The notes beneath the pieces are model-generated. The model did no database searches, was not told where the DNA came from, and worked only from the letters and a program-made list of their open reading frames with translations. From positions 3,744,001-3,808,000 of the forward strand of contig OY759746.1 in assembly GCA_963662795.1 (NCBI GenBank): DNA of 64,000 bases, read 5' to 3'. Origin of the DNA: Spirochaetia bacterium. GTDB taxonomy: Bacteria > Spirochaetota > Spirochaetia > CADAEX01. The translations under genes and the position numbers were made by a program. The stretch's first letter is position 1; every line of letters begins with the position of its first letter. Positions 46,769-57,700 of the stretch are shown piece by piece.

Positions 46769-49543
46769 ATGCAGACAATTTTAAAAAATCAGATAACAGT
46801 TTTTAAAGAAGAAATAAAAACTACAATTAAATCCATTTTGAATATTCTTGGTAAAAACAGGGTATTTGGGATAAACAAGCTGGAAGAGATAGAAAACCAT
46901 CTCACTTTTATCAGTTATAAGGCGTCTGTCCTGTCTCTCCCTGAAATTTCAGAGCTTGTAAACCCTTCTTCCTTCTACGTAAGGGAATTAAAAACATCCG
47001 GTGGAAAAGTAACCCTGGAATCACTTGCCTTTATCAAACTGGTGCTTAAAAAGCTCCATTCATATATGAAATCCATACAGCTTCCTGATGATGACGGGGT
47101 TTATATTGACGGGTCTACTGTCCTTGTTAACTCTTTTTTACACAATCCTCCGTCCCCCGAGGAGATATTCTCCGCTTACAGGAAACGGCAGATAAATATC
47201 AGTAAAATCAACAAATTTAAAAAATTATCCTTTAAAAAGGATGCAGATTTTGCCTATGCCATAAATATTCCTGCTTCAATAGTAAGAGAGAACAGAGGCA
47301 ATTATTATATTTCACTGCTTTACACTGATGCTTCTGATTATAAAAATATGAAAGATTTTATTAATATCCTTAAAAGAATCGATGACAGCGGTTATTCAAT
47401 AATTCACGGGCCTCTTTCAGTACCTCTTAAATCCGCCCTTGAAAAGGAAAACGCACTCCACTACTACATTCTCCTTAAAACTCCGCAGGAACCGGAGAAA
47501 TTCCTTAAAACAAGCAACCTGAAAGGAAAATTGATAAGAACGCTTCACCGTCCCGAAGATTTCAAGGAAGAAAAAGCAGCCAGAGCTGTTTCTGCTGAAA
47601 ACACAGAAGCATCTAAAAAAAGCGCATTGCCTGCAGGGCCGGAGGGCTTTGCAAAGAGTGCAGAGAGTGAAAAACAGACCAAATTCACTTCCGACCAGTA
47701 CAGAAACGCAATGAAAACAGGTGATATCAGGTTTTCAATCGGTTTCAAGATGATTTCAATAATTTCAATGGTAATAATCATGGCTCTTTCAGGGATGATA
47801 TTTCTCGCGACATGGTTTTTTCTGCAGGACAGCCGCATAAGGGTTGAGGAGAACAACCTCAAGGTTTCGGAAATTGTTTCCATGAAAATTGAGGAAGATA
47901 TAGGTTCATTCGGCAATGCGGCGTCGCTCCTCATGCTTGGTGCAAATCAGGCGGAAGAGGAGAATGAAGATTTTATCCGGTATTTTTTCAGAAACGAACC
48001 TGGAGTTATATTTGCCGGAGTACCGGAAATTGGTGCAAATTTCTATAACAAGGACATTCTTCTTGACTATAACATTGATGAAAACTTCATCAACAATATT
48101 ATCAGCGAGAATGCAGAAGAGGTAGGCCAGGCAAAACAGGGTATAACATCTGTTATAAATGTTTCCCCTTACCTGGGAGTCCCTGTAATGGCACTTTCCA
48201 TCCCGTACCGGCAGGGACGGGACCTCCTTTCAATGGTTATGCTTATTGACGTAAGAAAAAGTTTTATGAAGCTGATTGAAACAAAAGGGATAACACTGAC
48301 ATATATTGTAAACGAAAAAGGGGAGATTATTGCTCATCCGGAAGAAAGCTTTATAATAAATGCTGAAAATTTAAGCTCTCTCAAAGTTGTAAAGGATATG
48401 CTGGCAAGCCCTGTAAGCTCAGGCCAGATAAGGTTTTCAGACGATAATAACAAAACATATCTTGGCTCTTACCGGAAAATACCGACCGGAAGGCTTGGCA
48501 TTATTACGCAGGTAGATGAAAATGTTGCTTTTGAAGCAGTTTATAATATCCAGAGACGTAATATCTACCTTATGATAATGGTATTATCAATAACTGTCCT
48601 TATTGTCTATTTTTTCTCGAAAACACTTACCTCCCCTGTCAAAAACCTTGTAGTTGCCACCAAAATGATTGAAGCAGGAGACTTCAGGATAAACCTCAAA
48701 TCGAAAACAAAAGATGAAATCGGGGTGCTTACAAACGCGTTTGTTGAAATGGGAAAGGGACTCGAAGAAAAGGAAAGGATGAAGGACGCTTTCGGCAGGT
48801 TTGTAAACCAGGAAATTGCGGAGCTTGCAATGAAAGGAGAAATACAGCTGGGCGGTGAAATAAAGCCGGCTACAATCTTCTTTTCAGACATAAGGTCTTT
48901 TACAGCAATTTCAGAAAAGCTGACACCGTCTGAAGTGGTAGAGTTTTTAAATGAATACATGACTCTTATGGTAAACTGTGTGAATGATACACACGGGGTA
49001 GTTGATAAGTATATCGGAGATGCGATTATGGCTGTCTGGGGTACTCCCATATCACACGGAAATGATGCTGAAAACGCGATCAACGGCGCTCTTAAAATGA
49101 GATCTTCCCTTATGAGGTTCAATCTTGACAGGGGCAGCGACAAAAAACCGGTTATAAGGATTGGATGCGGGATTAACAGCGGCGACGTTCTTGTCGGACA
49201 GATCGGCTCAAATGAGAGAATGGAATATACCGTTATCGGAGACCCTGTCAATCTTGCTTCCCGTATTGAAGGGCTTAACAAACCAATGGGTACAGATATA
49301 CTGATATCAGAAAATGCCGCTAATGCTGTGAAAGGGATATTTCACCTTGTGCCAATGAACAAGATCAGGGTGAAAGGTAAAAGCGAACCTCAGCAGATTT
49401 ACGCTGTTCTCGGCAGACTTGATGATGATTCAAGGCCGGCGAACCTTAAGGAACTCAGACGGAGAGTCGGCATAACCGGTAATTTTGATACAATTGCAGA
49501 TGTAGAGGAAAAAGAAGAAGTAAAATATGAGATCATTAGGTAA
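46769..49543 (+). CDS. Class III adenylate cyclase (TM-Cache-TM-HAMP-ACY) with an N-terminal extension of about 320 aa
   Basis: FSDIRSFT, DKYIGDAIMA and EYTVIGDPVNLASRIE (Lys/Thr adenine-specifying pair, class IIIb); HAMP 'KDEIGVLT'; Cache 'YIVNEKGEIIAHP'. Confidence 0.95.
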   Translation: MQTILKNQITVFKEEIKTTIKSILNILGKNRVFGINKLEEIENHLTFISYKASVLSLPEISELVNPSSFYVRELKTSGGKVTLESLAFIKLVLKKLHSYMKSIQLPDDDGVYIDGSTVLVNSFLHNPPSPEEIFSAYRKRQINISKINKFKKLSFKKDADFAYAINIPASIVRENRGNYYISLLYTDASDYKNMKDFINILKRIDDSGYSIIHGPLSVPLKSALEKENALHYYILLKTPQEPEKFLKTSNLKGKLIRTLHRPEDFKEEKAARAVSAENTEASKKSALPAGPEGFAKSAESEKQTKFTSDQYRNAMKTGDIRFSIGFKMISIISMVIIMALSGMIFLATWFFLQDSRIRVEENNLKVSEIVSMKIEEDIGSFGNAASLLMLGANQAEEENEDFIRYFFRNEPGVIFAGVPEIGANFYNKDILLDYNIDENFINNIISENAEEVGQAKQGITSVINVSPYLGVPVMALSIPYRQGRDLLSMVMLIDVRKSFMKLIETKGITLTYIVNEKGEIIAHPEESFIINAENLSSLKVVKDMLASPVSSGQIRFSDDNNKTYLGSYRKIPTGRLGIITQVDENVAFEAVYNIQRRNIYLMIMVLSITVLIVYFFSKTLTSPVKNLVVATKMIEAGDFRINLKSKTKDEIGVLTNAFVEMGKGLEEKERMKDAFGRFVNQEIAELAMKGEIQLGGEIKPATIFFSDIRSFTAISEKLTPSEVVEFLNEYMTLMVNCVNDTHGVVDKYIGDAIMAVWGTPISHGNDAENAINGALKMRSSLMRFNLDRGSDKKPVIRIGCGINSGDVLVGQIGSNERMEYTVIGDPVNLASRIEGLNKPMGTDILISENAANAVKGIFHLVPMNKIRVKGKSEPQQIYAVLGRLDDDSRPANLKELRRRVGITGNFDTIADVEEKEEVKYEIIR

Positions 49544-52265
49544 GGATTTACTGGCTGTTCTTGCAGCAGGGACAATTTTCCTTGCATCAGGATGGCTTTT
49601 TTACAGCGATATAAACTCAACTCTCAAAAATGTTGAAGGAGAGGAAATCGGTGTTATTACATTCAAGAAGAATAACGCTCAGAGAAAATATACAGGCCGT
49701 ACTGTTTGGGAAAACGTTGAATCAACATCCATCCTCTACAATAACGATACAATAAGGACAAGCACTGATTCGGAAGCTGTGCTTCTCATGAATGACGGCA
49801 CTGAAATAGTTCTCCAGGACAGTTCTCTTATAGTACTGGAATGGGGAGAAGAGGAAAAAAACATTGAATTTTTAGGCGGGAATATTTCCGCAAAAAACAG
49901 CGCAGCTGACAACAGGGCTGTTCAGATAAAATCATCCGATACAGTGATATCGTTATCAGACGCAACAGTAAAACTTGAACAGGGACTTGAAGGGAAACTC
50001 GGCCTTTCCGTCGTTGACGGAAACATAGGGGTAAGTAAAGGCAATATAAGACAGGAAGTCAAGGCAAACCAGAAAGCCTTAATAGACAGGAATCTTGACA
50101 GCTTTACAATTGACGACTTTTCGATACAACCGAACAGACCGGATGACAACAGCTATTTCCTGACCTTCAATAACTCTAATGACATTCTTTTCTCATGGGA
50201 AGTTATAAAGTCTTTCGCTGATCCGATTTTCCAGATTTCAAATGATCTTGATTTTAAAAGAATTATAGACACGACTCCGGCAGGAAATGAAAAAAATATG
50301 ATAAAAACACTGCCTGAGGGAACATATTACTGGAGAATAATATCAGGGACTACAGGAGAGGCGGAAAGCCAGTCAAGAAGATTTGTAGTCATAAACGACA
50401 ACTACCCCAACCCTGTAAGCCCGGCTGCAGGACTTGAGATAAAATACAGGAATCAGCTGCCAAAGATTCGATTCCTCTGGAATCAGGGTTTATTCGCTGA
50501 TTTTTATCTTCTTGAAATATCAAAATCCGAAAGACTTGATTCTCCCATCGCATCAGAAAAGGTCCGGGGGAATTTTCAGATAATAAACAATCTTGAAGAA
50601 GGCAATTATTTCTGGAGAGTAACGCCGCACTATTCACTCGGAGGAATAGGTTATGCACAGAAAGGGAAGATTCAGAATTTCAGGGTTACACGCAATACAG
50701 CGCTTTATCCGGTATCGCTTATCTATCCCCCGGACAAAATAGTGCTTACAACGATAGAAACGGCAAAGGGGATGAATTTTAAATGGAAGGAAGACGCTGA
50801 AATTGCCTCCTATCAGTTTTATTTTTCAGACAGTCCTGCTTTCTCGAGTACCCTTTATAATGAACCTGTCTCTGCTGCCTCATTTTCAATCGGCGAAGAG
50901 ATCAAACCGGGAACATATTACTGGAAGATCGGCGGTGTAACAACTGATAACGAAGTACTGCCTCACTCTGAATATAGAACGGTAACAGTAAAACAGGCTA
51001 CAGGCGAAATAGCGCTTACTAATCCGCCGTTTGACGAGCATTTTGAAATTCCCCAGTTCGGCAGCAGGACTTTCACATGGGACAGTACAGTAGGTGAGAA
51101 TTTCAAATTCCTGCTTTATAAAGATTCCTTATCCTCCACACCAATTATTGAAGACAACGTTAAAGGTAAATCCCGTAAAACCCTTATTCCGGCATCAGGG
51201 GATTATTTCTGGCAGGTATCGGTGATTGATGATAACAACCGCCCTGTTATTGAAAGTCCTGTCTCCCGCTTCAGCACAAGGATACCTCTTGAAAATCCTG
51301 TATTTGTATCTCCGGTTGAAAACAGTGAATTGCAGATTATAGGAGATACTCCTCTTGAGATAAAATGGGATAAAGTTTACGGAGCAGACAGTTATTCAAT
51401 TGAAATAATAAATGAATCAACAGGTAAAACAGTTCTGCCGGAAACTCAAACATCTGACAACACTTTATCTTTTACAAGAACAAAAGAGCTTTCAGAAGGA
51501 ATCCATACTGTTAAATTAAAAGCTGTTAAAAAATCCTCTGACAAATGGGATATTTCCCAAAGCGGAGAAACAGTACTCAGATTCAGAATAACTGACGTTA
51601 TCGTATATGATCCACCGGTTCTTGTATCGCCATCAGATAAAAAAATAGCAGGCATGGAAGAAATTCTTAACGGAAACCTGGTCTTTGAATGGCAGCACAA
51701 ACCGATGCTCAGCCGGTATGAAATAAGTATCTCGGATTCAATTAATTTTGACAGGAACCTTTCAATTTATTCGGCAGAAGGATCCGGATTCAGACTTACA
51801 GAGATAAAACCTGGAAAATACTTCTGGAAAGTCAAAGGTTACGATGAAAAGGGCCATGATTCCCCTCCTTCCAGGGTTAATACATTGACTGTTGAACCCA
51901 TAAAGCCCCTGCTCCAGCCGGCCATTATCTCTCCGGGTAACGGCGAAAATATTAATATGGATAACAGGAATTCTTTACTGCTTAAATGGAAAGAATCGCC
52001 GGAAGCTGAATATTATTCATATAAACTCATTCAGAATGAGGGAACCGGACGAATTCTCGCTTCTGATGATAAATTCCGGGGAACAGAAATTACATTCAAG
52101 GATCTTGATAAACTTGATATCGGGACATTCCGTTTTGAAGTACAGGCATGGAAAGACCTGCCCGGTAATGAAAAAAGGAAAAGTCAGACGGCATCGTCCG
52201 GTTTTACAATCTCACTCAGCCAGCCGGACCCTGATAACGTCGAGATAATAATCCTTGGAGAATGA
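49527..52265 (+). CDS. FecR-domain protein with about 7 fibronectin-III/Ig-like repeats
   Basis: N-terminal TM; FecR-like 'NDTIRTSTDSEAVLLMNDGTEIVL'; seven roughly 100-aa repeats with 'P.L..P', 'F.W' and 'G.Y.W.V'; overlaps the cyclase stop by 17 nt. Confidence 0.85.
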   Translation: MRSLGKDLLAVLAAGTIFLASGWLFYSDINSTLKNVEGEEIGVITFKKNNAQRKYTGRTVWENVESTSILYNNDTIRTSTDSEAVLLMNDGTEIVLQDSSLIVLEWGEEEKNIEFLGGNISAKNSAADNRAVQIKSSDTVISLSDATVKLEQGLEGKLGLSVVDGNIGVSKGNIRQEVKANQKALIDRNLDSFTIDDFSIQPNRPDDNSYFLTFNNSNDILFSWEVIKSFADPIFQISNDLDFKRIIDTTPAGNEKNMIKTLPEGTYYWRIISGTTGEAESQSRRFVVINDNYPNPVSPAAGLEIKYRNQLPKIRFLWNQGLFADFYLLEISKSERLDSPIASEKVRGNFQIINNLEEGNYFWRVTPHYSLGGIGYAQKGKIQNFRVTRNTALYPVSLIYPPDKIVLTTIETAKGMNFKWKEDAEIASYQFYFSDSPAFSSTLYNEPVSAASFSIGEEIKPGTYYWKIGGVTTDNEVLPHSEYRTVTVKQATGEIALTNPPFDEHFEIPQFGSRTFTWDSTVGENFKFLLYKDSLSSTPIIEDNVKGKSRKTLIPASGDYFWQVSVIDDNNRPVIESPVSRFSTRIPLENPVFVSPVENSELQIIGDTPLEIKWDKVYGADSYSIEIINESTGKTVLPETQTSDNTLSFTRTKELSEGIHTVKLKAVKKSSDKWDISQSGETVLRFRITDVIVYDPPVLVSPSDKKIAGMEEILNGNLVFEWQHKPMLSRYEISISDSINFDRNLSIYSAEGSGFRLTEIKPGKYFWKVKGYDEKGHDSPPSRVNTLTVEPIKPLLQPAIISPGNGENINMDNRNSLLLKWKESPEAEYYSYKLIQNEGTGRILASDDKFRGTEITFKDLDKLDIGTFRFEVQAWKDLPGNEKRKSQTASSGFTISLSQPDPDNVEIIILGE

Positions 52266-52294
52266 AGTCCTTTGAAATTCATTTAAAATATATT

Positions 52295-54604
52295 CTAAAA
52301 ACTGAAACCGAAGTTAAAATAGAAAACAGGATATTTTCTGCTGTCGGCTTTTGAAAGTGATATCTCAACCGGCCCGAAAAAAGTATTGACAAGGGCAAGG
52401 GTGCCGCCATAGCTGTTTATAACTTCCCCGTTTGAACCGTTTTCATCAAAATTAAAGTATAGCCTTCCGTAAAAAGGGGTAAAAATAAAATAATCAAGAA
52501 ACCTTATATTTGCCCCGATTTTTCCTATTGCAAGATTATCCGCAATAATATCTCCAGGCATCAAACCTTCGAAACCGAATATTTCTTTTTCTATTCTGCT
52601 GTTATAGCCTCCGGCCAGAAACCCTATTCCCTTATCGTAATCAGGTATATCTATTCCACAGTAAACAAAAGAAGGAGCCAATGTCAGGAACGGGAATACA
52701 GGTAAATAAAACGCAGACTCTGCTTTTATCTGGTTATAGTTTTCAAAACCAGATTTTTGCGTAACAATCCCGGAGGAAAAGGAATCTTCAGTGAAAATTC
52801 TTTCGGCAGAACTCCATATCCTTATCCCTCTCGAAGGATATACAGATGAATCAAGTGTATCAAGCAGAAAATAGAGCCTCAGTTTGTAGTAGTCAAGCGA
52901 TCCTTCAATATCATAAACAGAAATATCATCCTTATAAGTGATATAATCTTTTTCCCCCGCAATACCGACAAACATGCTGTTAAATATTGTTTTTTCCATA
53001 AACAGGGATGAATCAAAAAAATCTGAATATACTTTACTTTCCTTCTCACCCTTCTCGTCATAGAGATAAAAATCCCTCCTTGAAAACCCAAGACCGACAC
53101 CTGCGTCAATATTGCCGAACCGGTAGACCGGTAGATAATATTTAAAAGTGTATTGAAAATTTTCGCCGAATTTCCCCTTGAGATCAAGTCTTGAATTATC
53201 TATAATAAAATCCTTGTATGCAGTCCCAAGGAAAAGGCTTGCATTATCGTTTGTATTATAGTTAGCTGAAATAAAAAGTTCCTGATCTGCAGCCTCTTCT
53301 GCCAATACAGTAAGGATGTTTTTCCCTTCAACAGAATCAACTGAATAACGTATAAGGTAAAAATCCCTTGTTCCGTACAATCTGCCTATTGCGCTGCTAA
53401 GTTTCTCCGAGGACAGGATGGCCCCTTCCCTGATCCCCATAGTATTTATTATCTTGCTGTCTGATATTTTTTTATTATCCTCAATAATGATTTTATCAAT
53501 AACCATGGATTCATACATCATTGCGTTCCAGGCCGGACTGTGACCTGTAACATCCTTTTCAGTCCTGTCTGATTTTATATTCAGGTTCATTGAAAGCTCT
53601 GCAAAGTAATTTTCTTCAAGAGTGGCAGCTGCTTCTCCTGCTTCGATAATGGCGCTGCTCTCATCAAAATCAAAAACATTGAAATTCTTTAAATCCGGCG
53701 TTATTACTTTATCTGCAAGCTTTCTTTCTTCAAGGGTAGTACCTGAAACAACAAGTCTGGTTACCTGGTCAATAACCTTGGTAAAATTGTTAAGCTCTTC
53801 CTTTTTATAAAGCGGTGTTCCTGCATCAATTGCTATTACAATATCAGCACCCATTGCCCTTATATCGGATACCGGCAGATTTCTGGTAAAACCGCCGTCA
53901 ACAAGGAGCTTTCCATCAATCTCAATTGCGGAAAAGATGGAAGGGATAGCCATGCTGGCTCTTACCGCATCTGCTATACTTCCCTTATCAAGCACAACAG
54001 CTTCTCCGGTCTGAATATCAGTCGCGATACATTTGAAAGGGATCGGCAGTTTTGAAAAATCACGGACATATCTTTGACTCCAGGTGAGTTTTGAAAGCAT
54101 GCTGCATGCATTTTGTCCGTATGAAAGGCCCTCCGGCAGTTTGATCTTTCTTTTTTCAACTTCAAGCCTTATAAAACTTTTTTCGTAAATATCCCTGTCT
54201 CTATGGTTTATGTCCTTCCTGTTGATTCTGTCATATAAAAGGGCATCCCAGTCAATTTCCTTTACTATTGTCTCAATCTCGGAGGCGCTGTATCCGCATG
54301 AATAAAGGATCCCGATTATTGCGCCCATACTGGTTCCGGTTATGTAATCAACAGGAATATTATACTTCTCTATTGCCTTAAGGACACCTATGTGGGCAAT
54401 TCCGCAGGCGCCCCCCCCGCTTAATACAAGTCCGACCGCAGGCCTTGTCTGTGATGCAGATGAAATATCCGGCTGATTATCTGTTCCATAAATATCCGCT
54501 GAAAAAAGTATCAGAAGAAGCAAGGGCAGTGCTTCTTTCCGCAAATAATCATATAACATGATTAGATTATATGCATATTTGGAATTGAACTCAAGACAGG
54601 ACAA
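52295..54604 (-). CDS. Patatin-like phospholipase with POTRA and C-terminal beta-barrel (PlpD/type Vd-like)
   Basis: GLVLSGGGA, GTSMG and DGG; POTRA-like region; ends 'YFNFGFSF' (BAM signal). Start probably at 'MLYDY'. Confidence 0.92.
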   Translation of the reverse strand: MSCLEFNSKYAYNLIMLYDYLRKEALPLLLLILFSADIYGTDNQPDISSASQTRPAVGLVLSGGGACGIAHIGVLKAIEKYNIPVDYITGTSMGAIIGILYSCGYSASEIETIVKEIDWDALLYDRINRKDINHRDRDIYEKSFIRLEVEKRKIKLPEGLSYGQNACSMLSKLTWSQRYVRDFSKLPIPFKCIATDIQTGEAVVLDKGSIADAVRASMAIPSIFSAIEIDGKLLVDGGFTRNLPVSDIRAMGADIVIAIDAGTPLYKKEELNNFTKVIDQVTRLVVSGTTLEERKLADKVITPDLKNFNVFDFDESSAIIEAGEAAATLEENYFAELSMNLNIKSDRTEKDVTGHSPAWNAMMYESMVIDKIIIEDNKKISDSKIINTMGIREGAILSSEKLSSAIGRLYGTRDFYLIRYSVDSVEGKNILTVLAEEAADQELFISANYNTNDNASLFLGTAYKDFIIDNSRLDLKGKFGENFQYTFKYYLPVYRFGNIDAGVGLGFSRRDFYLYDEKGEKESKVYSDFFDSSLFMEKTIFNSMFVGIAGEKDYITYKDDISVYDIEGSLDYYKLRLYFLLDTLDSSVYPSRGIRIWSSAERIFTEDSFSSGIVTQKSGFENYNQIKAESAFYLPVFPFLTLAPSFVYCGIDIPDYDKGIGFLAGGYNSRIEKEIFGFEGLMPGDIIADNLAIGKIGANIRFLDYFIFTPFYGRLYFNFDENGSNGEVINSYGGTLALVNTFFGPVEISLSKADSRKYPVFYFNFGFSF

Positions 54605-54752
54605 TCTTTACCGCGGGAATTTGGAATTACTCAATAAAATTATATTGTATATATGCAAATAGATGTTTAAAATATTTATATAAAAATTATTCTTTAAAAA
54701 GTATTATCTGCTGATAATAAAGTATATTGATATTTTTTTAAAACAAGGGGGC

Positions 54753-57700
54753 ATGTTGATTAGGAGTAATCCGTTTATTATCCTGGCCATGGTGTTTTCA
54801 CTTTTTTCAGCTCAGCTCTTTGCAGAAGAAAATGACATTATTACATCAGCTGCGGAAATTAATTATCCCCCGTTCAGCATAACAAACCCGGCAGGAGAGG
54901 CGGACGGGTTTTCAGTAGAACTCCTAAGGGCATCCCTGTCAGCCTTGAACAGGGATGTTTCATTCCGCACCGGAACCTGGGCAGAGGTAAAAAATCTTCT
55001 TGAAAAAGGTGAAATAAAAGCTCTGCCTCTTGTCGGCAGAACTCCTGAAAGGGAGAAAGTTCTTGACTTTACTATTCCATATATGACCCTGCACGGCGCA
55101 ATTGTTGTCCGCGATGAAACTGAAAATATCACTTCATTAAACGACCTTCAAGGAAAAAAAGTAGCAGTAATGAAGATGGATAACACGGAAGAATTTCTGA
55201 AACGGAAAAAACTTGACATAGAGCTTATATCAACCCCGACCTTTGATGATGCGCTTAAAGGGCTATCAAAGGGGGTATATGATGCTGTTGTAATACAGCG
55301 GCTTGTAGCCATACGGCTTATAAAAGAGAATAACCTTACAAACCTCAAAATAATAAAAAATCCGATTATGGAGTTCAATCAGGATTTCTGCTTTGCGGTA
55401 AAGGAAGGGGACAGGGAAACACTCTCTCTGCTGAATGAAGGTCTTTCCATAGTAATCGCTGACGGCACATACAGATACCTCCATTCAAAGTGGTTCGCGT
55501 CGCTTGAAATTCCGGATGACAGAAAAATTGTTATTGGCGGAGACTACAACTTCCCTCCATTTGAATTTCTCGATAAAAACGGCCGTCCCGCGGGATTTAA
55601 TGTCGATATAACCAGAGCAATAGCGGAAGAGACAGGGCTTAATATCGAAATAAAGCTTGCACCCTGGACTGAAATAACAGAGGATCTCAAACAGGGAAGA
55701 ATTGATGTAATTCAGGGGATGTTTTACTCCCCTTTCAGAGATTTAAAATATGACTTCTCGCTGCCTCACTCAAACGTACATCACATCAGTGTTGTACGGA
55801 AAGGAGAAAGTGTTCCTCCCTCAACAATTGGTGAACTTGAAGGTAAAAATATTGCTGTTCAGAACGGCGACATTATGCACGATTTTTTACTCTCACAAGG
55901 ACTCAGGAAAAATATTACGGCATTTGAGACCCCTGAGGATGCATTAAAAGAGCTTTCTCTGGGAAAAGCTGACTGTGCACTTTTAACCAGAGTTACCGCT
56001 ATCTACCTGATAAAGAAAAACGGATGGAGTAATCTTGAGATAGCTAAAAAGCCAATCCTTACTACCGAATACTGCTATGCGACGCTTAAAGGGCACAGAC
56101 CGTTATTGACAGTATTCACAGAAGGGCTTAAAAGCATAGAGGAGAACGGGGAATACCGCCGGATTCATGAAAAATGGATGGGAATTTACAGTGAAGGATC
56201 ACTCCCTTTTTCATTAATCAAGCGCTATGCGGTTATTGTTTTTCTTCCTCTTTTAATAATACTTTTTATATCATTTTTCTGGACATGGTCTCTAAGGCGC
56301 CTTGTTGCCCGGAAAACAGCGGAACTCAGGCAAAGCGAGTCCCAGTTCCGTTCTATTGTTGAGGCAGTTCCGGATTCAGTATTCGTCCATTCCAATTACC
56401 TTTTCAGCTACCTGAATGCCAGCGCATGCAGGCTGTTCGGAATATACTCACCCAAACAGCTCATCGGGAAGCCGGTAATGGATCGTTTTCATCCTTCTAC
56501 TTATGAAATTGCAAAAAAACGGATTAAAGCCATTTATGAGCAGAAAGAATATATGCCTCTCCTTGAGCAGAAATACCTGCGGACAGACGGAAGTGAAGTT
56601 CCTGTTGAAGTATCAGCAGTTCCCATAATCTACGAAGGGAAGGAAAGCGCTCTGGTTTTTGTAAGGGACATAACCAGCCTTAAGGAAATTGAACAGGAAC
56701 AGGCTGTGGCGGCAAAAAAAAGGGAAGCCCTCGAAAGCCAGCTGAGGCAGGCGCAGAAGATTGAATCGGTGGGCCGCCTTGCCGGCGGTGTCGCGCACGA
56801 TTACAACAACATGCTGAGCGTTATAAACGGATATACAGAACTTGCCATGGACAAAGTAGGGCCCTCAGACCCGATATTCGCATATCTTAAGGAAATTTAT
56901 TCAGCAGGGACAAGATCTGCCGATATCACAAAACAGCTGCTGGCTTTCGCACGAAAGCAGACTATAAACCCGAGAGTAATCAATCTTAATATTGCTGTAG
57001 AAAGCATGCTCAATACAATAAGGCGGCTTATCGGTGAGAGTATTGTTCTTGACTGGTATCCTTCATCAGATATATGGATGATTAAAATGGACAGTTCCCA
57101 AATTGACCAGATACTTGTAAACCTGTGCATAAATGCCAGGGATGCAATAACTGATATTGGCAGAATTACAATAGAAACCAGTAATATAGTTATTGATGAT
57201 GAGTACTGCGCTGACCACAGGGGTTTTATACCCGGAAAGTTTGTACTGCTGACGGTAAGTGACAACGGTAACGGTATGGATAAAAAAACACTGGAATTTA
57301 TTTTTGAGCCCTTTTTTACAACAAAAACTCTGGGACTCGGGACAGGACTTGGCCTTTCAACAGTATACGGTATAGTCAAACAAAACAACGGATTTATAAA
57401 TGTTTACAGTGAATCTGAAAAAGGCTCAACCTTTAAAATTTATATACCCCGGTATACTGACCAGCTTATTAAAAATGAATCTGATGATATTCATGAGGCG
57501 CCAACCGGGACAGGGGAAACTGTGCTCATAGTTGAAGATGAACTCTCAATTCTCAATTTGACCGGCAAAATGATCGAAAAGCTCGGTTATAATGTACTTA
57601 CATCGGCGAGCCCGTACGATGCATTAAAACTTGCGGAAAGCCACAAAGACAGAATAAACCTTCTGATAACTGATGTAGTTATGCCGGAGATGAACGGCAG

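Noticed and set aside
48607-49281. 224-aa minus-strand ORF (and the other short overlapping ORFs in the track)
   Set aside because: Antisense or alternative-frame shadows of well-supported genes.
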